A stretch of DNA of 32,000 nt from Haloquadratum walsbyi C23 (GTDB lineage Archaea; Halobacteriota; Halobacteria; Halobacteriales; Haloferacaceae), in the NCBI RefSeq assembly GCF_000237865.1, contig NC_017459.1, positions 1,410,001 through 1,442,000 of the forward strand, read 5' to 3'. This document shows positions 1-7,082 of this stretch, in pieces. The notes beneath the pieces were generated by a model, which worked only from the letters and a program-made list of their open reading frames with translations, was not told where the DNA came from and made no database searches. Position 1 is the stretch's first letter, and every line of letters begins with the position of its first letter. The position numbers were made by a program, and so were the translations under genes.

Positions 1-235
1 GCGTTCCGCTTCTTCCAAATCCTAGAGCACATGCGAGAAGAGTAGCAAGAGAGGGTGAACGGATTACGAATTGAGCTGCGTCTATGGCTCCGCTAAACAC
101 ACTCACTATTACTATAGATAGATTGTGAGTCGTGAGTACAGAGGTCAGCTTTCTATTTGAGTATTATACTCCGAATCTATATCGTTCAGAGGAGCACGGT
201 GAAAGTGATAGACAGAGCCGAGATTACCCCGTTGA

Positions 236-499
236 GGAACCTCCGACAGCGTTGGAGTACATCCTATTGAGTACGAGACGCGCCCCGGCGTCACCGTCGA
301 GAACCTACAACAAGTTCGCGCGGTCTACGATAAGTCGAATGAACGGTGGGAGCTGCATCTCGTCTGCAAAGACGAAGTCGAGACGCCCACCGCACCCGGC
401 AACGAAACGGCGGGTATCGATCTCGGCATCAGCAACTTCGCGGCAGTCGCGTACAACACCGACGAAGCCGACCTGTACCCCGGCAACTGCCTCAAATAA
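236..499 (+). pseudogene. tnpB: N-terminal fragment of an IS200/IS605-family (IS1341-type) TnpB gene, truncated and decayed
   Basis: Translation of the frame starting at 236 reads ...IEYETRPGVTVENLQQVRAVYDKSNERWELHLVCKDEVETPTAPGNETAGIDLGISNFAAVAYNTDEADLYPGNCLK*. It contains the GIDLG block (first RuvC Asp) and the LYPGN.LK block typical of haloarchaeal TnpB. The open frame has no start codon (stop at 233-235). It ends at TAA 497-499, where full-length genes continue for roughly 250 more codons. Upstream similarity seems to shift frame. Confidence 0.6.
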
Positions 500-507
500 G
501 ACGGGTA

Positions 508-1053
508 CTACTCGCCGATTCGCTCGTCGACATCTGCGTCTAACGCCTCTATATCGAGTTCCGTCAAGATCTCGTCCTCTACATCAAGGAGGATTTCCTG
601 AAGTTCCTGGAGGATTGTTTCGGCTTCGAGGACGGGAATCTCCTGCTCGCGAGCCATGATCCGGGCAGTCATCTCCGATTTCGTGTAGGCCCGAGCGTAT
701 TCGATGGTCGTCGCCAGACCGCTGACTCCGTGGCGTTCGACGTAGAGTTCGATATTGTCGTTTGAGTCGCGTTGAGCCAGGGCAACGAGAAGGGTCGGGG
801 TGATTTGAAACGTCTCTTCCCCGGTCTGTATGGTCAGATCGACCCGACGAGCGCTATATCGGTGCGGCTGAGAGTCCGTCACGCGCTTGAGGACACCGAT
901 TTCCACGAGATGCTTGACATCCTCGTAGACCGTGGTTTGAGAACTCGCAAAACGGCTTGCGAGCTCCTCTACAGTAGGGGTGTTAACTTCGAGTACCCGA
1001 GCGTACAGACGTGCGAACCGTTCGTTTTGGATCACGTCAGAAACTGCCAGCAT
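508..1053 (-). CDS. winged-helix (ArsR/TrmB-like) DNA-binding protein with acidic C-terminal tail
   Basis: The track ORF starts at TTG 1062; the first ATG at 1053 gives MLAVSDVIQNERFARLY.... TVEELASRFASSQTTVYEDVKHLVEIGVLKRV looks like a helix-turn-helix plus wing. The C-terminus is very acidic (DIEALDADVDERIGE). Confidence 0.7.
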   Translation of the reverse strand: MLAVSDVIQNERFARLYARVLEVNTPTVEELASRFASSQTTVYEDVKHLVEIGVLKRVTDSQPHRYSARRVDLTIQTGEETFQITPTLLVALAQRDSNDNIELYVERHGVSGLATTIEYARAYTKSEMTARIMAREQEIPVLEAETILQELQEILLDVEDEILTELDIEALDADVDERIGE

Positions 1054-1357
1054 CGTGTCCAACGGGTGCGAACCCGAGAGAGCTGATTCGTTAATCCATT
1101 TTAATTTCCGCGGAATACATAAAGTAGTATCGTGGGCTAAGTGGTGCTTCCAACCGTTGATTGAGGGGTTTGTTATTCATCAAACCGGAGAAGAGACTCA
1201 TTATTTGACAGTACCACTATGCAAGATGTCAAGATGTAGAGGATAGAGGATCCATGCAGCACTTGATTACTATTGATTTCATTTCATTATTGACGGATTA
1301 GCCACTCGGTGAGCGTGCGTATGTATAGATTCCCACAGAGGGCGTAGGCTTTCGAGA

Positions 1358-1831
1358 CTACGGCAAGTTATTCTGCGCGTTCAACAAGCTCTCGTCATTA
1401 TTCTCGACCGCTGTCCACCACATCTTCAATACAGCAATCGTAACGCGTTTTGGTGGTTGTTCAGTCCCGATACAGGATTGCTTGTGTGCGTCGAGATTAT
1501 TAGGTGGGTGAAAATGCCGTACTGGTTTCTTGGTGGTCTTATTCGCTGCCTCGCGTCCGAATCTAAATTCTAGTCCTTCTTCCCGATAGTGGTACTTGTA
1601 GTCTCCATTTTCCCACCACTGGATATCGAAATACCCAGCCTGCTTGTGGATTCCAGGCGTAATAGTGGCTCGTGCTGTTCTAACGTCTTTCCCGTCACGC
1701 GGTTTGAACGGTTGCCCTTTCTGGTATCGGAATCGCACTTTGACAACTCCTCTCCCGAGTTGTTGGTGCATCTGATTCACGCTCTCATTAATCGCTGCTG
1801 AATCGATTGGAGAGCCGTTCCCCATCCGCAT
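1358..1831 (-). CDS. hypothetical protein, possibly a distant TumE/DUF6516-like partner of the upstream wHTH gene
   Basis: 157-aa ORF with an ATG start. Its ATG shares one base with the TAA stop of the upstream gene (TAATG at 1829-1833), which suggests coupling. The segment GYFDIQWWENGDYKYHYREEGLEFRFGRE...VRHFHPP loosely resembles the W.Y....RYDN..H...H.H pattern of the clearer TumE-like protein at 4244-4558. Confidence 0.55.
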   Translation of the reverse strand: MRMGNGSPIDSAAINESVNQMHQQLGRGVVKVRFRYQKGQPFKPRDGKDVRTARATITPGIHKQAGYFDIQWWENGDYKYHYREEGLEFRFGREAANKTTKKPVRHFHPPNNLDAHKQSCIGTEQPPKRVTIAVLKMWWTAVENNDESLLNAQNNLP

Positions 1832-2508
1832 TATTGGAGTGGGGCCTGATTGTTACTGGGGGTCGTTGTTTGATTATCTGTACGCCTATCTTCCGGTTCA
1901 TCTACGATCGACGCCTGCTCTTTTGCTTCTTTGAGGCGGTATGCCGCTCTGAGGTGGCTTAATTCTCGTTTTGCTGTCCGCCAGTGAGAGATGTCGTCGA
2001 GTTCATTCTGGTCAAGTTCCTTGTCTGAAATCAGAAGTTCCTCTGGGTCATTCACGTCATATTTGGATTTGTACTCTGTGAGTTCCTGTTTTATTCGTTG
2101 AATTTGATTGACAAGCGTTTCGCTGGTGGCGAGTTTCCTGATCTGTTTGAGAAGATGCCACTCTGGATCTCGACTGTATAGCTTTCCAGAGTCGGTCTGA
2201 TGACTTCTAACGATGCCTTCTTCTGCAAGCTTGTTGAGTGTCGTCCTGGCTTTTGTTTCTGAGACGAGAGCTGTGTCTGAGATGTCGGACGCCGATTTCG
2301 GAGTCGTCGTTCTGTTGATCACCGTGCGAATTCGTTCGTCTGCAGTGCTCTGGTCTTTCCACTCTGCGGCGGCGAAGTCATCGATGTCCTCAAAGTCATC
2401 GTCATTAACACTGAATGGATCAATATCATCCACGGTCACCGGTTCGTTCGGGATTTCCTCTTCAGAGGGGAATTCGTCGGGGGCGTCCGGGGATGGGTCG
2501 CCAGTCAT
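1831..2508 (-). CDS. winged-helix protein with acidic N-terminal region (DUF7342-like haloarchaeal family, from memory)
   Basis: The ORF is open to 2535. ATG 2508 (MTGDPSPD...) lies about 28 nt downstream of an AAAAATATAT box on the minus strand, which fits a leaderless transcript. SASDISDTALVSETKARTTLNKLAEEGIV is HTH-like, and the C-terminal part is coiled-coil-like. Confidence 0.7.
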   Translation of the reverse strand: MTGDPSPDAPDEFPSEEEIPNEPVTVDDIDPFSVNDDDFEDIDDFAAAEWKDQSTADERIRTVINRTTTPKSASDISDTALVSETKARTTLNKLAEEGIVRSHQTDSGKLYSRDPEWHLLKQIRKLATSETLVNQIQRIKQELTEYKSKYDVNDPEELLISDKELDQNELDDISHWRTAKRELSHLRAAYRLKEAKEQASIVDEPEDRRTDNQTTTPSNNQAPLQ

Positions 2509-2530
2509 ACAATACACCATGCCGTAGACA

Positions 2531-2561
2531 CACATATATTTTTCTGACCCGCATATATGTG
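2531..2561. promoter_or_regulatory. 9-bp perfect inverted repeat CACATATAT-N13-ATATATGTG overlapping the TATA-like box of the 1831-2508 gene
   Basis: CACATATAT at 2531-2539 and ATATATGTG at 2553-2561. One arm coincides with the AT box about 28 nt upstream of ATG 2508. Candidate autoregulatory operator. Confidence 0.35.
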
Positions 2562-2596
2562 CTTTAGGACTTTGATATCGATGGTCTTGATACTAA

Positions 2597-3046
2597 TTAC
2601 CGTAGATTATTTCCGTATATCGCCGGGCCCGAGGTCGGCGGATGCTGGTAATTGATCGGCCGCCGCATCACCTTTCCTGGCCGATTACCAAAGCCGCCGA
2701 AGAGGTCGATGATTCGATAGACTGCACCACCACTCCAGTCACACTGCTCGCTCGAACACACCGCGTTAGCCAGGGCTCCGTTCTCTGTATCCAGGCGGAC
2801 ACTCTGGAGATCGAGTCGCTCGCTACAGCGTGGGCACGTCGCTGGGACTTGCGCATAGCGGTACCCTGTACCGACGTCGATATCACCTTGATCAGCGTCG
2901 ATGCCATGAAGCCCATCGACGAGATGGCCGATTCGTGAACGGAACTCGGTGAGAAGCGCGTTGCGGGCTTGTTCGTCGACGGGCAGTTCGGCTCTATTAA
3001 GGGTAATCGTTACTCGGTACGCTGTCGTCTCATTAATGTCTTTCAT
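2597..3046 (-). CDS. hypothetical protein with Cys4 zinc-ribbon-like motif
   Basis: The track start 3055 is GTG. ATG 3046 (MKDINETT...) is preceded by GAGGTGA 7 nt upstream (Shine-Dalgarno-like). CPRC ... CSSEQC suggests a zinc ribbon. Confidence 0.65.
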   Translation of the reverse strand: MKDINETTAYRVTITLNRAELPVDEQARNALLTEFRSRIGHLVDGLHGIDADQGDIDVGTGYRYAQVPATCPRCSERLDLQSVRLDTENGALANAVCSSEQCDWSGGAVYRIIDLFGGFGNRPGKVMRRPINYQHPPTSGPAIYGNNLR

Positions 3047-3081
3047 CGGGTTCACCTCTGGGTTGGGGGGTACGTTCGATT

Positions 3082-3111
3082 CCCCCGCACTCCTTCAGGG
3101 GGCGAAAAAAC
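3082..3111 (-). repeat. copy A of the conserved T-run + hairpin intergenic element
   Basis: Minus-strand reading: GTTTTTTCGCCCCCTGAAGGAGTGCGGGGG. Its 5-prime end is 65 nt upstream of ATG 3046. It is nearly identical to copy B at 5046-5074. Confidence 0.75.
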
Positions 3112-3177
3112 TCTCCGACTAAATCCAAGTAAGACCAATACGAACTCCGCTATCAGCGGTTGTCTTCTTCCTCGGAC

Positions 3178-3399
3178 TCACCCTTCTTGTGAACGGATTT
3201 CGTCGGCCTGTTGTTTGAGCCGGCGGAGAATTCGAACACGCTGCTGATTCGCGTTTTCGTACGCGACACACGCTCGCAGCGTCTCCATATCGTGAATAGT
3301 CACGATTCCCGCATTGATGAGTCGCAAGTTTGGTGGTTCGAGTCGCTGTGCTGGCGACAGTCCGTTCGAATCTCTTTCTTGCTCTTCTAAGTTGCTCAC
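3178..3399 (-). CDS. small hypothetical protein (73 aa)
   Basis: GTG start at 3399, preceded by GGAGG 9-13 nt upstream on the minus strand. No in-frame ATG before codon 38. Confidence 0.5.
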   Translation of the reverse strand: MSNLEEQERDSNGLSPAQRLEPPNLRLINAGIVTIHDMETLRACVAYENANQQRVRILRRLKQQADEIRSQEG

Positions 3400-3406
3400 T
3401 GATGAT

Positions 3407-3433
3407 CGCCTCCGCCCTTACAGAGGCGAAATA
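3407..3433 (-). repeat. copy D (more diverged) of the T-run + hairpin intergenic element
   Basis: Minus-strand reading: TATTTCGCCTCTGTAAGGGCGGAGGCG. It lies 34 nt upstream of GTG 3399 and 13 nt after the stop of the preceding gene. Confidence 0.55.
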
Positions 3434-3448
3434 GACCGCACCTACTCG

Positions 3449-3727
3449 CTACTCGTCGTCTTCCCCCGGTTGAATCTGGCGGGCATCTTCGGCGAGGTCA
3501 TGGATGTACCCCCGAAGCGTCTCCATGTCCTCGCGGGCGTCTTCGAGCGTCTTACCTTTCGCTTTCGCGATCACCTCGTCCTGATCTCTGGTGCCGGTTC
3601 CTCGTTTGAGCTTCACAGTGAGTGAAACTCCAACATCGCTTCGTTCGACATACTCGGTTCGTTTCGTGCGCTCTTCACTGGACGACGATTCAACTACTCG
3701 GCCTGGTTGTTGCTTTGAGTCAGACAT
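3449..3727 (-). CDS. small acidic hypothetical protein (92 aa)
   Basis: The ORF is open to ATG 3763, but that codon lies inside repeat copy C. ATG 3727 (MSDSKQQPG...) matches the spacing seen for the other copies. Confidence 0.6.
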   Translation of the reverse strand: MSDSKQQPGRVVESSSSEERTKRTEYVERSDVGVSLTVKLKRGTGTRDQDEVIAKAKGKTLEDAREDMETLRGYIHDLAEDARQIQPGEDDE

Positions 3728-3756
3728 TCGCTCTCCACGAGAGCCCTTTGACAGCT

Positions 3757-3783
3757 CTCGCATCCCTTCAGAGGGTGAAAAAC
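3757..3783 (-). repeat. copy C of the T-run + hairpin intergenic element
   Basis: Minus-strand reading: GTTTTTCACCCTCTGAAGGGATGCGAG. It lies 56 nt upstream of ATG 3727 and starts 7 nt after the stop of the 3790-4209 gene. Confidence 0.65.
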
Positions 3784-3789
3784 AAGTGG

Positions 3790-4209
3790 TTAGTCTGCGC
3801 TAGCGGGAGTACTGTCTACGTCGACGTCGTCGAGAAGAGGATAGTCGATGTGCATCTCAATTTTATCGAAGGGGACAATTGGTTGAATCGCTCCCCCAGG
3901 GCCTCCTTCTTTGAGTTCGAGGATGCCCAGCACCTCCAGTTGTTTCAGATCTGCATGGACATCAGAGACGTCGCGGTCGACGAGTCGTGCAGCCTTGCGC
4001 ATACTTGATGGGTGCTCTTTGGCGATCGCCTGAATGAGATTGAGGCGCAGTGGGGTGAGGCTGTCGACGAGATCGTCATAGGTCCCGAACTGGAGTACTG
4101 CACGCTCATCACTTTTGCCCAGTTCATCAGCCTCGGCACTCTGAATGAACTGGAGCGTATCCTCTCGGAGCTGTGCTCGGTCGCCGACGGTGATGTGAAG
4201 CGTGGTCAT
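3790..4209 (-). CDS. HVO_A0114-family-like putative DNA-binding protein (TumA-type antitoxin candidate)
   Basis: The track ORF extends to 4323 and overlaps the upstream gene. ATG 4209 gives MTTLHITVGDRAQLREDTLQFIQSAE...LTPLRLNLIQAIAKEHPSSMRKAARLVDRDVSDVHADLKQLEVLGILE. This is the architecture remembered for the haloarchaeal HVO_A0114 family (wHTH in the C-terminal half). Confidence 0.7.
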   Translation of the reverse strand: MTTLHITVGDRAQLREDTLQFIQSAEADELGKSDERAVLQFGTYDDLVDSLTPLRLNLIQAIAKEHPSSMRKAARLVDRDVSDVHADLKQLEVLGILELKEGGPGGAIQPIVPFDKIEMHIDYPLLDDVDVDSTPASAD

Positions 4210-4243
4210 GTTCGGGTGTGTTGGATGTGTGTTTTGCCTTCTG

Positions 4244-4558
4244 TCAATAGGGACGTTGCGGGTTGCCACCAATGGTGTCCCAGTATTCGTCAGCACTGGC
4301 CCAGAACTCGACGTCTGCGTCACCGGAAGCGGTGTGGAGTTCGTGGCCTTTGGTGTCTTCGTGGGCGTTGTCGTAACGGATGAGCGTTAGGTCTTGCAGC
4401 GTTCCCAGATGAAGGGTGTACTTCCAGCCGGACGGGTAGGCATCTGTATCGGTCGTCCGTCGGATGACTAGGTTCTCGACGAGTCCGGCTTCGACGTGGG
4501 GTGTAGCGGTGCGTGAGTTCGTAGCCCATCCCTCATCCGTTGGGTAGCCGCCCAACAC
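4244..4558 (-). CDS. TumE-family (DUF6516-like) toxin candidate
   Basis: 104 aa with a GTG start and no internal Met. The block WKYTLHLG...LIRYDNAHEDTKGHELHT resembles the RYDNAPHH-type signature remembered for TumE/DUF6516. It lies directly upstream of the HVO_A0114-like gene (34-nt gap). Confidence 0.6.
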   Translation of the reverse strand: MLGGYPTDEGWATNSRTATPHVEAGLVENLVIRRTTDTDAYPSGWKYTLHLGTLQDLTLIRYDNAHEDTKGHELHTASGDADVEFWASADEYWDTIGGNPQRPY

Positions 4559-4566
4559 TGTAAGTG

Positions 4567-4586
4567 TGTTGGGGATATTCCCAACA
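4567..4586. promoter_or_regulatory. near-perfect palindrome TGTTGGGGATATTCCCAACA upstream of the TumE-like operon
   Basis: Inverted arms TGTTGGG / CCCAACA surround an ATAT core, 9-28 nt upstream of GTG 4558. A third CCCAACA at 4551-4557 abuts the start codon. The element is related to the one at 6973-6993. Confidence 0.4.
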
Positions 4587-4620
4587 GCTACTCAGATAAT
4601 TGCGGGATATCGCTATCCAG

Positions 4621-5016
4621 CTATGGGGCGATGAGCTCATCCGCTTCCGCTCCAACCACTGCCTCAATCTCACCCCCGGTGAGACGCCAACGGTCGTTGG
4701 GACCGGCACACTCCAGTTGACTCACGACCTCGTTCTTGAACTGGGTGTAGTGCGTTAGCGCAAATTCTTCGTCATCTGTGTAGTTGAGTAGGAGCGCGAG
4801 TGCAAGCTGCGCTGGACCACTCCCACCGTATCCCCATTCGAACCCTATGGGGCTGTGGTTCGCCACCTTGAGACTCCGGTGTGGCGTGAGCTGTTCATGA
4901 TTAGGTAGTTTCTCCACGACAGCGCGTCCTCGTTGTCGATAGCCGATGTAGACGACATCGCGGTCAGTTCTTTGGCGTCTCTGCTCGGGCGATTGTGGGT
5001 CGATAATTCTACTCAT
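4621..5016 (-). CDS. DUF6166-like protein
   Basis: The track start 5055 is GTG and lies inside repeat copy B. ATG 5016 gives MSRIIDPQSPEQ.... The block GFEWGYGGSGPAQLALALLL is the signature remembered for DUF6166. Confidence 0.65.
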   Translation of the reverse strand: MSRIIDPQSPEQRRQRTDRDVVYIGYRQRGRAVVEKLPNHEQLTPHRSLKVANHSPIGFEWGYGGSGPAQLALALLLNYTDDEEFALTHYTQFKNEVVSQLECAGPNDRWRLTGGEIEAVVGAEADELIAP

Positions 5017-5045
5017 TGGTCTGATCGAAGGTACTCGTTCGAGCA

Positions 5046-5074
5046 CCCCCCGCACCCCTCAGGGGGCGAAAAAC
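5046..5074 (-). repeat. copy B of the conserved T-run + hairpin intergenic element
   Basis: Minus-strand reading: GTTTTTCGCCCCCTGAGGGGTGCGGGGGG, 58 nt upstream of ATG 5016. Confidence 0.75.
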
Positions 5075-5110
5075 TGCCCCATGTTCGCAGAATGACGACG
5101 AAGATGTACT

Positions 5111-5152
5111 ATTAACCAACAAATTCTGTGATTACCGAGTCATGTTGGTTAA
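5111..5152. repeat. inverted repeat ATTAACCAACAAA-N19-TGTTGGTTAA (locus 1)
   Basis: TTAACCAACA at 5113-5122 and TGTTGGTTAA at 5143-5152. The same arms recur at 12548-12621. Confidence 0.8.
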
Positions 5153-5236
5153 GATGGGTGGAGACAATCGATTTCACTCCGCAGATGCTGTGTGCTCTGA
5201 CACACGGGAGAAACGGGAGGATGGTCAGTGCTATGA

Positions 5237-6934
5237 CTAGTCGTCTACCTGGGGGACTCGCCAGATCGATGCGAGTCGTTCGGCAAGTTCTTGATTCCGT
5301 TCTCGAATCGTCTTTTCCGTCCAATTATCGCACTCCTCAAAATACCCGTTCAGCTCGACGTGGCTTTCCATGAGGAGTTCACGCTTTTCGTCAAATGGCC
5401 GATTCGAGAGCTCTGGATTGTAGCCACTGAGGGTTAGATTGCCAAGGGCGTGAAGCCACTGGTCGTGGATACGTTCCCATTCATCGCCAAGCATCGCTTT
5501 CCACTCGTCGCCCCATTCGTTGTCGTCGATCGTCTGCGGCATGACGTGCTCAATCGTGAGCTCATCATACTGAACCGGCTCTTTGTGTCCGAACTGCTCC
5601 TCAAGTGTTCGAAGAACGAGCCACGTTTTCTTTTTGTCGCGGTTGTACATATCAAATCGGAGGATGTTGTCAAGGAGTTCTGTGTCATCTGGCCATCCTT
5701 GACTTTTCAGATAGGCGAATAGCGAGCCTTTCACGTCGTCGTCTTCGATGGACCGTGCAGCAATCGGGAAGGTTCGGTAGTAGCCCCGCGTGCTTCGGCC
5801 GCAAATGAACCGCCGAAGAACGAAGCTTTCCAGTCCGTGTAGAGTCTCGAGAAGTTCATCTATCGAGAGGTTATCCGAATCCCATCTGTACAGCAGATTC
5901 AACACTAGCTGATGAGCCGTTCCAATTTCGAGATATTGGAGGCGACGCAGCGCGTTGGTAAGCTCTTCGTTTGGTGCCGTTTCCGGTCGCTGAATCCAGA
6001 GATAGAGGTCACCATAGTACGAGAGTTCATCCACGAGTTCTCTGGGTGTCATCTCTGACGTCCGCCGCTTGAACTGATGGTAGATTTCGTTTTTCTGGAC
6101 GTACTCACCGGTTCGCATCATATAGTCACGATAGAACTCCGTGAGATCGACCCCCGAATAGTCATCCGTCTCTTCGAACTTTTGCTCAAACGGCATCCAG
6201 TGTTCATCGTTGAACCGATCTTGCTCGGTCAGAGAGAGCTGCATAAAGACATGGTTCCGGATAAGATCAGACTCTTCAAGCTGAAGCCCACGCTCGTTTA
6301 GAGTCTCGAAGATAGCGTAGGGATTCTCGTCTTCAGAAGTCGTGATCATCACCAACGGAAGCTGTTGGATGATGATTTGCTTGAGCCGATCAAGCGTTTC
6401 AATCTCATCATCACCATTCACTTCCTCTATCTTGCTGTACAGGAAGTCATAGCTCTGGTAGATTGATGTCTCCGCAAGGTTCTCGTCTACGCTTTCCTGC
6501 TCCACGATGGTGAAGAGGGCGTCCCGATCTTCGGCACGTGAGATAACTTTGAACTTCTCGACCCCGTCTTTGAATTCGTCAATGAGATACTTCTTGTTAA
6601 TTTCTTCAGCGAAGCTATTGTGTCGCTCATCGTTTACCTCGGTCGCATAGTCTCGGATAGCACTGAGGAAGAGCGTGAGAGTGATGAGACGTTGCTGTCC
6701 ATCGATAACGAGATATTCTGGCACAGTCCCCGGGCGATGATTCCCGGGCATTACAACGAACGTACCAATGAAGTGTTCTTCAGAAAGCGAGTCGGCCTCC
6801 AAGAGGTTTTGCACGTCGGACCAGAGAGCATCTAATTCATCGGTCCCCCACGAATAGTTCCGTTGGAAGACTGGAATTACGAATTGCTTCTCGCCTGCAA
6901 ACACACTTTGGAGAAATTGATCTTCAGCGTCCAT
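5237..6934 (-). CDS. GmrSD-like type IV restriction endonuclease (DUF262 + DUF1524)
   Basis: 565 aa with an ATG start. N-terminal FVIPVFQRNYSW and IDGQQRLITL match the DUF262/ParB-like NTPase module. C-terminal EHVMPQT...WLHALGNLTLSGYNPELSNRPF matches the DUF1524 His-Me finger nuclease module. Confidence 0.9.
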   Translation of the reverse strand: MDAEDQFLQSVFAGEKQFVIPVFQRNYSWGTDELDALWSDVQNLLEADSLSEEHFIGTFVVMPGNHRPGTVPEYLVIDGQQRLITLTLFLSAIRDYATEVNDERHNSFAEEINKKYLIDEFKDGVEKFKVISRAEDRDALFTIVEQESVDENLAETSIYQSYDFLYSKIEEVNGDDEIETLDRLKQIIIQQLPLVMITTSEDENPYAIFETLNERGLQLEESDLIRNHVFMQLSLTEQDRFNDEHWMPFEQKFEETDDYSGVDLTEFYRDYMMRTGEYVQKNEIYHQFKRRTSEMTPRELVDELSYYGDLYLWIQRPETAPNEELTNALRRLQYLEIGTAHQLVLNLLYRWDSDNLSIDELLETLHGLESFVLRRFICGRSTRGYYRTFPIAARSIEDDDVKGSLFAYLKSQGWPDDTELLDNILRFDMYNRDKKKTWLVLRTLEEQFGHKEPVQYDELTIEHVMPQTIDDNEWGDEWKAMLGDEWERIHDQWLHALGNLTLSGYNPELSNRPFDEKRELLMESHVELNGYFEECDNWTEKTIRERNQELAERLASIWRVPQVDD

Positions 6935-6972
6935 TACTGTCCCAACATGCTAAACCGATTGTCATAAGCGTA

Positions 6973-6993
6973 GGGGGAATATGGCCCAACAGC
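6973..6993. promoter_or_regulatory. element related to the TumE-operon palindrome, upstream of the GmrSD gene
   Basis: Minus-strand GCTGTTGGGCCATATTCCCCC compared with GCTGTTGGGAATATCCCCAACA (minus strand of 4567-4588). A second CCCAACA at 6941-6947 lies 7-13 nt upstream of ATG 6934. Confidence 0.4.
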
Positions 6994-7082
6994 GGCCGAA
7001 TAACCGTTCCAGGGACCCTCCCTATGACTATTCTCACTAAGTACCACCCAACGGTATGTTGTCAGAACTTCCGACGTCTACA

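Noticed and set aside
132-659. 175-aa ORF and nested 346-543 ORF at the left edge
   Set aside because: They are Arg/Ser/Thr/Pro-rich basic translations. The same DNA reads as a recognisable TnpB fragment in another frame and overlaps the 3-prime end of the minus-strand wHTH gene.
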